Positions 30,744 to 41,291 of a DNA stretch of 64,000 nt are shown one piece after another. A program made the position numbers and the translations under genes. The DNA comes from an uncultured candidate division Zixibacteria bacterium (GTDB taxonomy: Bacteria; Zixibacteria; MSB-5A5; GN15; FEB-12), in NCBI GenBank assembly GCA_963735035.1, contig CAVTJJ010000003.1, positions 256,001 to 320,000 of the forward strand. Direction: 5' to 3'. How positions within the stretch are numbered: position 1 is the stretch's first letter; every line of letters begins with the position of its first letter. The notes beneath the pieces are model-generated. The model searched no databases, was not told the origin of the DNA, and saw only the letters and a list, made by a program, of their open reading frames with translations.

Positions 30744-31817
30744 TCAATTACCGTCGACTTCGCGCCGCCCCCGGTTAGGTCGGGAAAGTCGAGCCATAAA
30801 GATAAGGAACAGGACGGAAATTACAACCATAAAAAGGACCAGCAAACCAAACACTACCAACCGGTTAAGGAAATACATCGCCAGCGCGAAGAGGCCGAAG
30901 ACCGCCGACAGCACGTAAAAGACCCAAACCACCGCCCGGGGGGATAGCCCCGCGAGCGCCAAATAGTGAAACAGATGCCGACGGTCGGCTTTCATGACGT
31001 TCTTTCCGGCCGCCAAACGACGAGAAAACGAAATGACAGCTTCCATCAGCGGCACACCCAATACTAGCAACGGAAGATACAACGCCGCCGCCGTATACGA
31101 CTTAATAGGTACCAACAATGAGATGACTGCGAAGTAGTAACCAATCTGAAGCGACCCGGAATCGCCCAGGAATATCTTTGCGGGATACCGGTTGTAGACG
31201 AGAAAGACCGCAAGGAACCCAATCAGCGCATAGGCAAACAACACCGCCGGACCGGCCGAATATAGAATTCCTATAATTATCAACGTCAGCGCCGCAATCA
31301 ACGAGACGCCCGCCGCGAGGCCGTCGAGGCCGTCAATCAGATTGATCGCGTTGGTGAGCATCACCACCCAGACCACCGTAATCAGCATGGAGAGTGAGCC
31401 AATTTCATAGGTGCCGGCGAAAGGAATCGTGATCGGATCAATTGTAAGCCCGCCCCCGTATAGAACCAGGCCGACCGCAATCTGCGCTGTCAGTTTGGAC
31501 CAGGCCGAAAGCGGTTTGATGTCATCGGCTAATCCAAGCAGGAGAATCATCACCGCGCCGGCAAAGATATACGGAAGCGACCGGCCTAACTCCGTCGCTG
31601 TAGACTGCGAAACCAGTATGCTCACACCGAGGGCAATCCAAACGGACACGAACAGCACCGCACCACCGATATTGGGGACCGGACGCTTATGTCGTTTGTG
31701 GCGTCCGGGTCGATCTACCAGATCGAGCTTTTCAGCGAGACGAATCGCGGGCCGCATCAACACCAGCGCCGATAGCAGACTGACAACGAGTGCGGACAGG
31801 AGCGCGGGCCAGTTCAT
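30744..31817 (-). CDS. WecA/TagO-family undecaprenyl-phosphate GlcNAc-1-phosphate transferase
   Basis: GLADD, NAINLIDGLDGL, FLGDSGS and DRRHLFH motifs. ATG at 31817. Confidence 0.9.
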   Translation of the reverse strand: MNWPALLSALVVSLLSALVLMRPAIRLAEKLDLVDRPGRHKRHKRPVPNIGGAVLFVSVWIALGVSILVSQSTATELGRSLPYIFAGAVMILLLGLADDIKPLSAWSKLTAQIAVGLVLYGGGLTIDPITIPFAGTYEIGSLSMLITVVWVVMLTNAINLIDGLDGLAAGVSLIAALTLIIIGILYSAGPAVLFAYALIGFLAVFLVYNRYPAKIFLGDSGSLQIGYYFAVISLLVPIKSYTAAALYLPLLVLGVPLMEAVISFSRRLAAGKNVMKADRRHLFHYLALAGLSPRAVVWVFYVLSAVFGLFALAMYFLNRLVVFGLLVLFMVVISVLFLIFMARLSRPNRGRREVDGN

Positions 31818-32692
31818 CGTGGTCGATCTCCCCCGCTCCGTGGCGGCAACAGCAACGACCCCAGCAAGTTCAGGCCCAAGAGAACCGGTAACAGCACCAC
31901 CGAGAATCCGTTCGGGAAGTTCTTGAGGAAATATTTCCAGACCGAGAGATGGTGCCACCAGAGCCGACGCACGCGCCCTTCGCGACTTCCCTCACCCCAG
32001 CGATGAATCCCCCCCGCCGCCGGGACGAACAAATTCACCCGCTGGTGTTGATGGAGCCGAAGGGACAGATCGGTGTCTTCCATGTACATGAAGAAACGAC
32101 GGTCGAAGCCGCCGATTTCACCAAACAGATCGCGACGGATGAGCACGAATGTAGCCGCCACCGCGGGAACTTCAATCGTGTGTGACGAATCTCCAAGAGT
32201 ATATCGATCGTTTGGAGAAGCTTTGCGGCCCGTGAATCTAGTCACTGCAGAACCGCGGGAAAAGATCATGTTGTTTATCGACGGAAACCGGCGACAGGTC
32301 GCCTGGAATGTATTGTCGGGGTTGCGAAGCCGCCCGGAAACAAGGCCGGCGTTCGGGTGCGCTTGAGCTTCGGCGAATAGAGCTGAAACTGAATTAGCAT
32401 CAGGAATTACATCGGGGTTTAGAAACAACAGATACTCGCCGCGAGCGATTTCCGCTCCCTGATTACAGGCGGCTGCGAAGCCGACGTTCTTGTTGTTCCT
32501 GATAATTCGGGCCGAAGGACAAAGCCGCTCTGATTCGGAAGCCGAAGCGTCCGTCGAAGCATTGTCCACCACGATGAGTTCATGAGATAGGCCGGAAACG
32601 GCACCCGGAAGCGCGGTCAGACAATCTGTAAGGGCAGGCAGAGAATTACAGGATACTATGATTACCGAAACTTGTGGGTCGTTGGCGGACAC
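31814..32692 (-). CDS. GT2 glycosyltransferase (WbbL-like)
   Basis: VVDNAS, GFAAACNQG, LNPD and FFMYMEDTD motifs. Confidence 0.9.
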   Translation of the reverse strand: MSANDPQVSVIIVSCNSLPALTDCLTALPGAVSGLSHELIVVDNASTDASASESERLCPSARIIRNNKNVGFAAACNQGAEIARGEYLLFLNPDVIPDANSVSALFAEAQAHPNAGLVSGRLRNPDNTFQATCRRFPSINNMIFSRGSAVTRFTGRKASPNDRYTLGDSSHTIEVPAVAATFVLIRRDLFGEIGGFDRRFFMYMEDTDLSLRLHQHQRVNLFVPAAGGIHRWGEGSREGRVRRLWWHHLSVWKYFLKNFPNGFSVVLLPVLLGLNLLGSLLLPPRSGGDRPR

Positions 32693-32701
32693 ACATCTGC
32701 T

Positions 32702-33436
32702 CTAGGAAAGCCTGCCCAGAATTGATTTCAATCTAAGCGACCAGACCATCCAGATAGCTTCCCGCATGATCTTCTTTGACATCTTGGACACCCCGGCGAG
32801 CCGTTCATAGAAGATGATCGGGATCTCTTTGATGCGAAAGCCCTTCTTCCAGGCCCGCATGGACATTTCTATCTGGAACGAATACCCCGATGAGCGCACC
32901 CGGTCCAGGTCGATACGTTCGAGCACCTCGCGCCGGAAACACTTGAACCCACCCGTCGCATCGCGCAGCGGGAGGCCGGTTACCAGGCGGGTGTAGACAT
33001 TGGCGTAGTACGAGAGCAACAGACGGCTCATCGGCCAGTTGATGACGTTGACCCCGGAAATGTAGCGGGAACCGATGACCAGATCGCAATTTTGAATTTC
33101 GCGCAGGAAGTCTTTGATATATTCGGGGCTGTGCGAGAAGTCGGCGTCCATTTCGAAAATGAAATCGAACTTCTGCTCGATGGCCCATCTGAAACCGGCG
33201 ATATAGGCGCGGCCCAGTCCCTGCTTTTGCTCCCGATGCAGCACGAAGACTTTTTCCAGTTGAGTCGTCAGCCGGTCGGCCACTTCGCCGGTGCCGTCAG
33301 GGGAATTGTCGTCCACGATCAACACATGAATACGCGGATCCAGTGGGATGACCGAGTGGACGATCTTTTCGATATTGTCCCGCTCGTTGTAGGTCGGGAA
33401 AATTATCAGGGCGCGTTGTGTATTAGCCACGGTCAT
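32702..33436 (-). CDS. Polyprenol monophosphomannose synthase-like GT2
   Basis: PTYNERDN, DDNSPDGT, GLGRAY and EMDADFSH motifs. ATG at 33436. Confidence 0.92.
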   Translation of the reverse strand: MTVANTQRALIIFPTYNERDNIEKIVHSVIPLDPRIHVLIVDDNSPDGTGEVADRLTTQLEKVFVLHREQKQGLGRAYIAGFRWAIEQKFDFIFEMDADFSHSPEYIKDFLREIQNCDLVIGSRYISGVNVINWPMSRLLLSYYANVYTRLVTGLPLRDATGGFKCFRREVLERIDLDRVRSSGYSFQIEMSMRAWKKGFRIKEIPIIFYERLAGVSKMSKKIMREAIWMVWSLRLKSILGRLS

Positions 33437-35984
33437 CCGTTTCCTCTTCAGGCTCAACGACGTCGTCCGCCGACTTGCGGCGACGATCCATAAAGATACA
33501 ACCTGCAATTATACCTAACAGCGGCAGAATCGTCAACAAGGTAACCGTCTTGCCGAGCGCGTACCGGCTCGAGTGGTACTCAAAGCGCACTTCGCGGCTC
33601 CCTGCCGGGATTTCCACGGCCCGGAAGGCGCCGTAGGCGCGAAGGCAGTTGACCGGCTTGCCATCGACCGTCACCTGCCAAGACGGGAACCAGGTATCGG
33701 TCAGTACCAGAATGGCATTCTGAGCTGCATTTACTCCGACCGTTACGGTTTCGGGCTGATAGTCGATGATCCAGGCAGAATCGGTGGGGTTCTCAGCAGT
33801 TGGCATTGACAGAGTCGGCTGATCTTCGAGCAGGACGGTGTGTCGCATATCGCTACGACCGCTGATCACCTCGTTGACCATCTGCTTGCGGTCGGTTACG
33901 ACTATATACTTGTCGACCAGAAAGACCCGTGGAAAGGCGTTGTCGTTGCGGATCAGCCTCTCGTTGCCATAAGAGGTGGCCGTCACCAGAGGTATCGGTC
34001 CAAAATGATTAGGCGGAATATCCTGGTCCGTAGGATTGATCAGATACTTCGTCCCGGTCAGGTTTAGCAGGCGGGGGTTGAAAGTATATATGTTATCCAG
34101 ATTCGGTCCGCCCAAGAGGTCATCGTACCAGCGAAGTTGATTGCCGTGATACCCTACAGTGGCATCAATGCCATGGACAGGGAAATCTGCTTCCTTGACA
34201 TCCGCCACATTTATGACCCGAAACCTCTCCTTCTGGCCGGTCAGAAAACGCGTCAGCGGGGTTTCATTGTACCTCGACGCAAACTCACGCGGATCGACAA
34301 TCCGGATGAAACGGCTGTCGAACCGGACACCGTCGATAACAGGCAGCGCTATGAGTGCGATCATGATGCCCGCGCCCATTTTCCCTTCGCGATAGAGCCA
34401 GAGGAAAAACGCGGCCAGCGCCACGAAGAAAAACGCTATCCAGGCACCCGATTGAATTGCCGGCAAGTTCATATTGGCGACGTCCAGCTTGGTGACTCCT
34501 CGCTGTACCAGTTGGGTCGACGCCTCGCTGTAGAAGATCGTGCACCAGAGCTTGATCATGCCCTGCCCGGCCACCGAGAAACAGATTGCGAGAAGCAATA
34601 TGAACGACGGGAAACCAAACAGAACGTAGTTGGCTTTATTGCCGATCAGTTTCTTCCCCTCGTCGCGCCAGTCGAATAAGCTCTGTACGCCCATCCCGGC
34701 CAGGAGCGCCACTGAGAACGAGCCGAGGAACATGATCATCGACGCCCCCCGCATCGACTTGACCATGGGGACTATAGCGTACATCAACCGGAAGAACGGT
34801 GTCGTTCCCCCCATCCCGTAGAAGATAGCGAATATTGTCAACCCTCCGAAGAACCAGGCTTCCTTTCTATTCCTGTAGAAGAACAGCCCGACTATCGCCA
34901 GATACAGGGCGACTGTCCCAAGCCATTCGGAATTGTCTTTGAAGGCGTTCTTACCCCAATAGTAAGTTTTGGCCTTCTCGGTCGAAGTTCCGGAGAACTC
35001 CGGGATGACCAGCGAAGCCACTTCTTCCTGGTGCAACGACCACGAGGTTGCCCAGTCCCACCCTCTCTTGGTGTCAGCGCGAGGTGAATATTGCTGCGTG
35101 TAGCTAATACCAGGATACATCTGGATGGCAGATATCATCAGCCCAATCACGACTGCGTAGACTACAAACAACCCCGGCTTAATGGCGGGCAAAATCGATT
35201 TCTTCTGCACCCAGATATTGATCAACTTGAACGCGGAATAGAAACTTAGTCCCCAGAGCGCGAAATACGACATCTGCGGGTGCGGTGTGAGCAGGATGAA
35301 ACCGATGGTTAGCCCGGTCAGAGAGAAATATTTCAGGCGACCGATGAGATGTTCTTTCTCGAAGCCTCGATCGAGGAAATACATCATCAAGGGGAAAAGC
35401 GCTATGACGTAGATCTTCCCGTCGTGTCCGGGGGTGACCATCGAAACGAAATACCCCGCGAACATATAACATGCGCCTGCGACCAGCGCCGATATCCGCC
35501 GAAGTTTGAACTGTCGCGCCGCGCGGTACATGAAGATGCCGGCGATGTAGATGTGCAGGATCATCAGCCAGCCGAGATCGCGGGCGATATTGATCGGCTC
35601 GATCTTATCGTCGAACCAGACCCGCATGTACTTCACGAACAGACTGGGCGGATAGAAAATGTCGCTGTGGAACGCCTCGACAAACGGCATCCCGGCGAAC
35701 TGGTGCGGCATCCATTGAGGAATCGCGCCCCCGTGCGCCGCCATGTAGGTCGCCTGGTAGATGCGAAACATCAGGCTCGACGCCAGAACGTCGGAGCTGT
35801 ACATCATCTGGTTCGAGAAAATAAAATCGGAAAACAGGAACACCATCGCCAGGAAGAGCGCCACAAACACCACCGGCACAAACCAGCGGCTGTTTTCCAG
35901 GTTGAGGGCTTGTCTTCGGGGGCGGGCGGAAGAGTGTTTTTGCTGACCCACAGTATCTCCAGAGAAAACCGGATTATTTGCCAA
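33423..35984 (-). CDS. YfhO-family (GT-C-like) polytopic membrane protein
   Basis: PQWMPHQFAGMP, many TM helices, C-terminal PSWQVTVDGK...AFRAVEIPAG. Confidence 0.85.
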   Translation of the reverse strand: MANNPVFSGDTVGQQKHSSARPRRQALNLENSRWFVPVVFVALFLAMVFLFSDFIFSNQMMYSSDVLASSLMFRIYQATYMAAHGGAIPQWMPHQFAGMPFVEAFHSDIFYPPSLFVKYMRVWFDDKIEPINIARDLGWLMILHIYIAGIFMYRAARQFKLRRISALVAGACYMFAGYFVSMVTPGHDGKIYVIALFPLMMYFLDRGFEKEHLIGRLKYFSLTGLTIGFILLTPHPQMSYFALWGLSFYSAFKLINIWVQKKSILPAIKPGLFVVYAVVIGLMISAIQMYPGISYTQQYSPRADTKRGWDWATSWSLHQEEVASLVIPEFSGTSTEKAKTYYWGKNAFKDNSEWLGTVALYLAIVGLFFYRNRKEAWFFGGLTIFAIFYGMGGTTPFFRLMYAIVPMVKSMRGASMIMFLGSFSVALLAGMGVQSLFDWRDEGKKLIGNKANYVLFGFPSFILLLAICFSVAGQGMIKLWCTIFYSEASTQLVQRGVTKLDVANMNLPAIQSGAWIAFFFVALAAFFLWLYREGKMGAGIMIALIALPVIDGVRFDSRFIRIVDPREFASRYNETPLTRFLTGQKERFRVINVADVKEADFPVHGIDATVGYHGNQLRWYDDLLGGPNLDNIYTFNPRLLNLTGTKYLINPTDQDIPPNHFGPIPLVTATSYGNERLIRNDNAFPRVFLVDKYIVVTDRKQMVNEVISGRSDMRHTVLLEDQPTLSMPTAENPTDSAWIIDYQPETVTVGVNAAQNAILVLTDTWFPSWQVTVDGKPVNCLRAYGAFRAVEIPAGSREVRFEYHSSRYALGKTVTLLTILPLLGIIAGCIFMDRRRKSADDVVEPEEETDDRG

Positions 35985-36894
35985 TCACAAGGGCGATCAG
36001 AGCGGCCAGGGCGTCGATCACCACCGACCACAACCGGGCGACTATAGCAAGTGCCGGGGCGATCGGCCCCACAAACGGCGCTAATAACGCACCCATAATC
36101 AATTCGCGCGGGCCCAGGCCGCCGGGAGCAAACAGCGCCAGATAACCGATCTGATACGCGATATTATACAAACCGATGGCCAACACAAGCGATGGCGCTT
36201 TGTCGCCAAGAACCGACAAAAGAAACAGCCAGAAGGCCACGCCGAACAAAATCCAGCCCGCAGAATAGCCGATAAACGCTTGCAGGGCAACCGATTTGTC
36301 GAGCGAGAATTCGGCCGTCGGGCGACCCAGTTTCTTTAGAAGGGCGTTGGCCGCACGCAGAAACGGCTTCGGATAAAACACCAGAATGGCGCAGCCAATC
36401 AGTCCAAGCGCGCCCGCCGTATAGGCCGATCCGGGCCCCATGATCTTGAACTTTTCGATGAGCAACTGAGGCTCAAACAGGGCGGCGATCACCCATACCA
36501 GAAGCGACGACGGTATCGTAAAGAGCTGGTAAATGACAAACGACGCCGTCGCCTGCTCCTCGGGAATCCCCTTCTGTTTGGCGTAGTAGAGCATCCCGAA
36601 AACTTGCCAGATCTTGCCGGGGACATAGCGTCCGAGGTTGGAAAGGTTCAGGATACGAAACCCGGCCGTCTGGCTCAGGTCGTGGCCAAACGCCGAAATG
36701 ACCCGCACCCAGGCGGCGGAGAAGACCAACAGCGCCACCATAGCGCAGATGATTGACAGGAGCATGTAGCCGTAGTTGAAATGCCAGTCGAAATTCTTGA
36801 TTTGGTCCCAGTTGCTCCAGACCTGAAGGCCGACGTAGTAGAGCACGACGAGAGTGAGAATCAGCTTGAAGGTGAAGATGGCGGCTTTTTTCAT
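35974..36894 (-). CDS. Lysylphosphatidylglycerol-synthase-TM / flippase-like membrane protein
   Basis: LGRYVPGK and APGGLGPRE motifs. Confidence 0.8.
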   Translation of the reverse strand: MKKAAIFTFKLILTLVVLYYVGLQVWSNWDQIKNFDWHFNYGYMLLSIICAMVALLVFSAAWVRVISAFGHDLSQTAGFRILNLSNLGRYVPGKIWQVFGMLYYAKQKGIPEEQATASFVIYQLFTIPSSLLVWVIAALFEPQLLIEKFKIMGPGSAYTAGALGLIGCAILVFYPKPFLRAANALLKKLGRPTAEFSLDKSVALQAFIGYSAGWILFGVAFWLFLLSVLGDKAPSLVLAIGLYNIAYQIGYLALFAPGGLGPRELIMGALLAPFVGPIAPALAIVARLWSVVIDALAALIALVIGK

Positions 36895-37062
36895 CGCAGG
36901 GTATGGTACCCCAAGCGGGGCGCGGGTTCAACTAGAAAAGATGGGGGGCTTTCGCCAGGGAGGAAGCCAAATACGATCGGTATCTTAAGAGTGATCGGCA
37001 GGGTTCCACCCCTGCCGGAAACAGAACGGCAGGCACGGAGGCCTGCCGATCAGGAAGCTGCG

Positions 37063-38016
37063 CTATTTCTTGTTGAGTTGCTCCAGAATCGCGTTGGATT
37101 TGCGACGAAGGTCCGAGATCTCTTCCTTCAAAGCCGTCACACCCTCGGAAATAAACCCCATCAGGAAGAAACTCGTGCCGACCCCTATCAAGAGCATGAC
37201 CAGGTACAACCAGGTCCGGTTGCCGTGCATCATGACGAAACGTTCGTAGATCGCCCACAGGCCGACTATCACGCCGAGCAGAACGAAGATCAGGCCGGTA
37301 ATTCCGAAAAACAGAAGCGGTTTGCGAAGAAACGTAATCTGGAACTTGACCGCCATCATGTCGAGCACACCAACAGGAATCCGCCAGACCGAAAACTTGG
37401 TCTTCCCCCACGAACGCGGGTAGAGTTTGACCTTGACCTCTTCGACACTGAACCCCTCGTTGGCCGCCAGCGGCACGAGATAACGATGCCAGTCGCGACG
37501 GAGAAAGATGCTTTCGACAACCACCCGCCGAAACGCTTTCACCGAATTCAGGTCGTGAACATCCAGCCCGAATATTTTCCGCGAGAACCAGTTGTAGATC
37601 GATGACACAAACCGCTTGGCGTATTTTCCCTGTTTCCAGCCGGTGCATATATCAGCCCCGTCGGCAATCGGCGCCACCAAGGCCGGGATGTCTTCGGGAA
37701 GATACTGCAGATCGGCCGGGTAAAAGACGTACACCTCGCCGGTCGCCTTCGCGAACCCGGTTTGAAGTGCTTCGGTCAGGCCGCGATTGCGCTGGTGTGA
37801 CGCCCATCGGATGAAACCGTATTTCTGCGCGTTGGCCTTGATCTTGTCGAGCGTGCCGTCGGTGGAGCCGTCGTCGACAAACACCAGTTCGCCTTTGAAG
37901 GGGGCCTTCTTGAGCATCTCGTCGTAAAGACGGCAGAATTCATCGATATTCCCTTCCTCGTTGAGGGCGGGAATGATGGTCGAAACGGTAAAGTCGTATT
38001 TGGGATCAAGGGCCAT
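37063..38016 (-). CDS. GT2 glycosyltransferase (ArnC/GtrB-like) with two C-terminal TM helices
   Basis: IPALNEEGN, VDDGSTDGT and ADLQY motifs. Confidence 0.88.
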   Translation of the reverse strand: MALDPKYDFTVSTIIPALNEEGNIDEFCRLYDEMLKKAPFKGELVFVDDGSTDGTLDKIKANAQKYGFIRWASHQRNRGLTEALQTGFAKATGEVYVFYPADLQYLPEDIPALVAPIADGADICTGWKQGKYAKRFVSSIYNWFSRKIFGLDVHDLNSVKAFRRVVVESIFLRRDWHRYLVPLAANEGFSVEEVKVKLYPRSWGKTKFSVWRIPVGVLDMMAVKFQITFLRKPLLFFGITGLIFVLLGVIVGLWAIYERFVMMHGNRTWLYLVMLLIGVGTSFFLMGFISEGVTALKEEISDLRRKSNAILEQLNKK

Positions 38017-38192
38017 GGATATATCCTTAGTTGGAACCGGAAGAGCGGCACTCGTCCGATCCCAAAGCTTGCCAGCCGCTTAAATCGCATAATAGCAGGC
38101 GGGGTTGTCAAAACTCAACATGTTTTTTGGCAGAAATCCGGCAGAGATGGAACCCTGCCGATTGAGTTTGGGAGCAGATATCTGAAGTATGT

Positions 38193-38224
38193 CGGCAGAT
38201 GTGGACATCTGCCGGGCACGGTTA
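38193..38224. repeat. 32-bp palindromic direct repeat, copy 1
   Basis: cggcagatgtggacatctgccgggcacggtta, identical to 38937..38968. Confidence 0.9.
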
Positions 38225-38256
38225 ACGCACAACGGCTCCAGCTTTGAGCGTCCCAG

Positions 38257-38874
38257 TTACCGGTTATTCAGCGAGGCCCAGATGTACCAGCAGGCGACCG
38301 TACGGTACGGCCGGAATCGTTCGCCGAACTCCTCAAAATCGGTATCGTTACGATCGACCCCGTAGAGGTTGCAGATCCCCTTCTGAATGCCGAGATCACC
38401 AGCCGCGAAAATGTCAAGCCGCCCCAGCGTGAACATCAGATACATCTGCGCGCTCCACGGCCCCAGACCCTTGACCTGAGTGATGGTTTCGGCGATTTCT
38501 TCGTCGGTCATGCGGGGGAAGCGGCGCACGTTTAAGAAGCCGGAATCGATCTTCTCGATCAGGTCACGAACGGCCCGGATCTTGGCAAAGGACAAACCGG
38601 CTTCGCGGAATGAGGCGTCGTCGAGCTTGCGAAATGCTGTGATCGATGCCGTCCTGCACCCGGCCGCTCGGCATACTTTCTTGTAGATGGCGTCCGCTAC
38701 GGTGCCGGAGAGTTGCTGTCCGACGATGATTCTGACGAAGGCATTGAACCCGATTTGTTGTTTATGGTAGTCGAGGCGGCCAACCTGTTTGATGACGGCG
38801 GCCAGTTTCTTGTCGGTCTTTTTGAGGTGGGCGATGGCCAGGTCGATTTCGCGCTTGCGGTCGGTGGTAGTCAT
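38257..38874 (-). CDS. alkA: DNA-3-methyladenine glycosylase II (HhH-GPD)
   Basis: IVGQQLS, VKGLGPWSA, GDLGI and RPYRT motifs. Confidence 0.88.
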   Translation of the reverse strand: MTTTDRKREIDLAIAHLKKTDKKLAAVIKQVGRLDYHKQQIGFNAFVRIIVGQQLSGTVADAIYKKVCRAAGCRTASITAFRKLDDASFREAGLSFAKIRAVRDLIEKIDSGFLNVRRFPRMTDEEIAETITQVKGLGPWSAQMYLMFTLGRLDIFAAGDLGIQKGICNLYGVDRNDTDFEEFGERFRPYRTVACWYIWASLNNR

Positions 38875-38936
38875 GGGAGTCTATACGGATGTTTAGTATT
38901 GGAGGATATCACATTATGTTTACGACATTGCAAACC

Positions 38937-38968
38937 CGGCAGATGTGGACATCTGCCGGGCACGGTTA
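38937..38968. repeat. 32-bp palindromic direct repeat, copy 2
   Basis: Identical to 38193..38224. Followed by a related palindrome at ~38987-39036. Confidence 0.9.
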
Positions 38969-39041
38969 TCACAATCGTTCTTTCCTGCGGCAGACGAGGA
39001 CCCCCGATCAAGTCGGGGGCAGGCTCTGCCGGCCACATCCA

Positions 39042-40355
39042 TCACCCTTCGTACACCACCTTGCCGCCAAGGATCGTGCGGTACACTTTCCCGGACAGCG
39101 TCCAGCCGATAAACGGCGAGTTGCACGATTTCGACTTGAAATTCTCCGCCTTCACCTTCCACTTCTTGTCCGGGTCGATGATCGTAATGTCCGCCGGTGA
39201 CCCGACCGCCATCGTTCCGCCCTGAAGGCCGAAGATTCGCGCCGGATTCGAAGTCATCTTCTGGATCGCATCGGCCCAGCCGAGATACCCCTTGTCGATC
39301 AGATACGTCTTCACCAGACCAAGTGTAGTCTCGAGACCGATCATACCTGACGGGGCCTGGTCGAACTCGCCGTCCTTGTCCTCGCTAGAATGCGGGGCAT
39401 GATCGGAGGCGATGCAGTCGATTGTGCCGTCGATCAGACCTTCGATGACCGCGTCGAGATCGTCTTTCGTGCGCAACGGCGGATTGACCTTCAGGTTGGT
39501 GTTGTACTCCTTGCCGATCTCATCGTCGGTCAGCACAAAGTAATGCGGGCAGGTTTCGGTCGTGACCTGGATCCCTTCGCGCTTGGCGGCGCGAACCGCC
39601 TCGATCGCCCGCCGCGTCGTGATATGCTGAATGTGCAAACGTGAGCCGGTGAGACGGCAGAGGGCGATATCACGCAGGACCGCAATTTCTTCGGCGGCGG
39701 CCGGACGGCCTTTCATCCCCACACGCGCCGACTGCGCCGATTCGTTCATCACCCCACCCTCGCAGAGGAACGAATCTTCGGCGTGCTGCATGACGGGGAT
39801 ATTGAACATCTTGGCGTATTGCAGCGCCCGGCGCATGATCTCCGGGTTCTGGACATAGTTGCCGTCGTCGGTAATAGCAATCGCGCCCATCTTAACCAGG
39901 TCGCCGATCTCCGCCAATTCCAGACCTTCGATATTCTTGGTGATCGCGCCCGCCACGAACACGCGGGCGGAGGCGTCTTTCGCGCGGTCCTGAACGAACC
40001 TGACCGTCTCCTGACTGTCGATTCGCGGTCGGGTGTTGGGCATGCAGCAGACCGAAGTAAATCCGCCGGCCGCGGCGGCCTCGCATCCCGAAGCGATAGT
40101 CTCGGCACCTTCCTTGCCCGGCTCGCGAAGATGAACGTGCACGTCAATCAGTCCCGGCACGACAATCTTGCCTTCGGCGTCAATAACACTTCCAGGCTCA
40201 ATCGATTTGAGCGTGCGTCGAAGCGCCGCCGTTTCGATTTCGATTCCGGCAATGACGCCGTCTTTGATGAGGACGCAAGCGTCCTGGCCGAATCCGAGCG
40301 CAGGGTCGATTACACGCCCGCCGGTAATGACCGTATCGAATTTCTTGCTGGACAT
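39042..40355 (-). CDS. pyrC: Dihydroorotase (type I)
   Basis: DVHVHLREPG, MPNT, KVNPPLR and ASDHAPH motifs. Confidence 0.96.
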   Translation of the reverse strand: MSSKKFDTVITGGRVIDPALGFGQDACVLIKDGVIAGIEIETAALRRTLKSIEPGSVIDAEGKIVVPGLIDVHVHLREPGKEGAETIASGCEAAAAGGFTSVCCMPNTRPRIDSQETVRFVQDRAKDASARVFVAGAITKNIEGLELAEIGDLVKMGAIAITDDGNYVQNPEIMRRALQYAKMFNIPVMQHAEDSFLCEGGVMNESAQSARVGMKGRPAAAEEIAVLRDIALCRLTGSRLHIQHITTRRAIEAVRAAKREGIQVTTETCPHYFVLTDDEIGKEYNTNLKVNPPLRTKDDLDAVIEGLIDGTIDCIASDHAPHSSEDKDGEFDQAPSGMIGLETTLGLVKTYLIDKGYLGWADAIQKMTSNPARIFGLQGGTMAVGSPADITIIDPDKKWKVKAENFKSKSCNSPFIGWTLSGKVYRTILGGKVVYEG

Positions 40356-40358
40356 TGT

Positions 40359-41291
40359 TTACGCCTCCTCTTTCCGACCGGAGAGCAGATAGAGCACTGC
40401 CATCCGGACTGCCACGCCGTTAGTCACCTGATCGAGAATTACCGATTTGTCGCCGTCGGCCACATCCGTTGAAATTTCCACTCCCCGATTCATCGGTCCA
40501 GGGTGCATGATTGTGTAGTTGCGATTCAGCCGTTTGAGTCGATCCCGGTTGATACCGAACAGGTTCGTATATTCACGCAGTGAGGGGAACATGCCGGCTT
40601 TCTGGCGCTCCAGTTGGATGCGCATGACATTGACCACATCGGCTCCTTCAAGAGCTTCGTCGACATTGGTATATACGTCACACTCGAACTCTTCCACCCC
40701 GTGTGGGATCAGGGTCGACGGCCCGCAGAGCGCCACCGACGCTCCCATGGTCTTGAGACCCCAGATGTTAGAGCGAATCACGCGGGAGTGCATGACATCG
40801 CCGACCAGCACTACGCGCAGGCCTTTCAGCTTGCCGTACTTGTGCCGAATCGTGAGCATGTCGAGAAGAGCCTGCGTCGGGTGCTCATGGGTTCCGTCGC
40901 CGGCATTGATGATGTTGGCGTCCATGCACTGAGTCAGGAAGTAGGGCACGCCCGATGAGGCGTGACGCACTACCACCATGTCGATCTTCATAGCTTCGAT
41001 ATTCTGGACGGTGTCGCGAAGCGATTCGCCCTTGGATACCGACGAGGTCGCCTTCGAAAAATTGATCGAATCGGCCGACAAACGTTTCTCGGCCAGTTCA
41101 AACGATATCCGGGTGCGAGTAGACGCTTCGTAGAAGAGGTTCAGCACGGTGAGACCGCGCAGGGTCGGCAGCTTCTTGATCTCGCGTTCGAGGACTTCGC
41201 GGAAAGTCTCGGCGGCGTCGAGTATGGCGACAATGTCTTCCTGTGGGACACCCTCGAGCCCGAGCAGATGGCGTGACGAAAGACGGCTCAT
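40359..41291 (-). CDS. pyrB: Aspartate carbamoyltransferase catalytic subunit
   Basis: FYEASTRT, HEHPTQALLD and MHPGPMNRG motifs. Confidence 0.97.
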   Translation of the reverse strand: MSRLSSRHLLGLEGVPQEDIVAILDAAETFREVLEREIKKLPTLRGLTVLNLFYEASTRTRISFELAEKRLSADSINFSKATSSVSKGESLRDTVQNIEAMKIDMVVVRHASSGVPYFLTQCMDANIINAGDGTHEHPTQALLDMLTIRHKYGKLKGLRVVLVGDVMHSRVIRSNIWGLKTMGASVALCGPSTLIPHGVEEFECDVYTNVDEALEGADVVNVMRIQLERQKAGMFPSLREYTNLFGINRDRLKRLNRNYTIMHPGPMNRGVEISTDVADGDKSVILDQVTNGVAVRMAVLYLLSGRKEEA

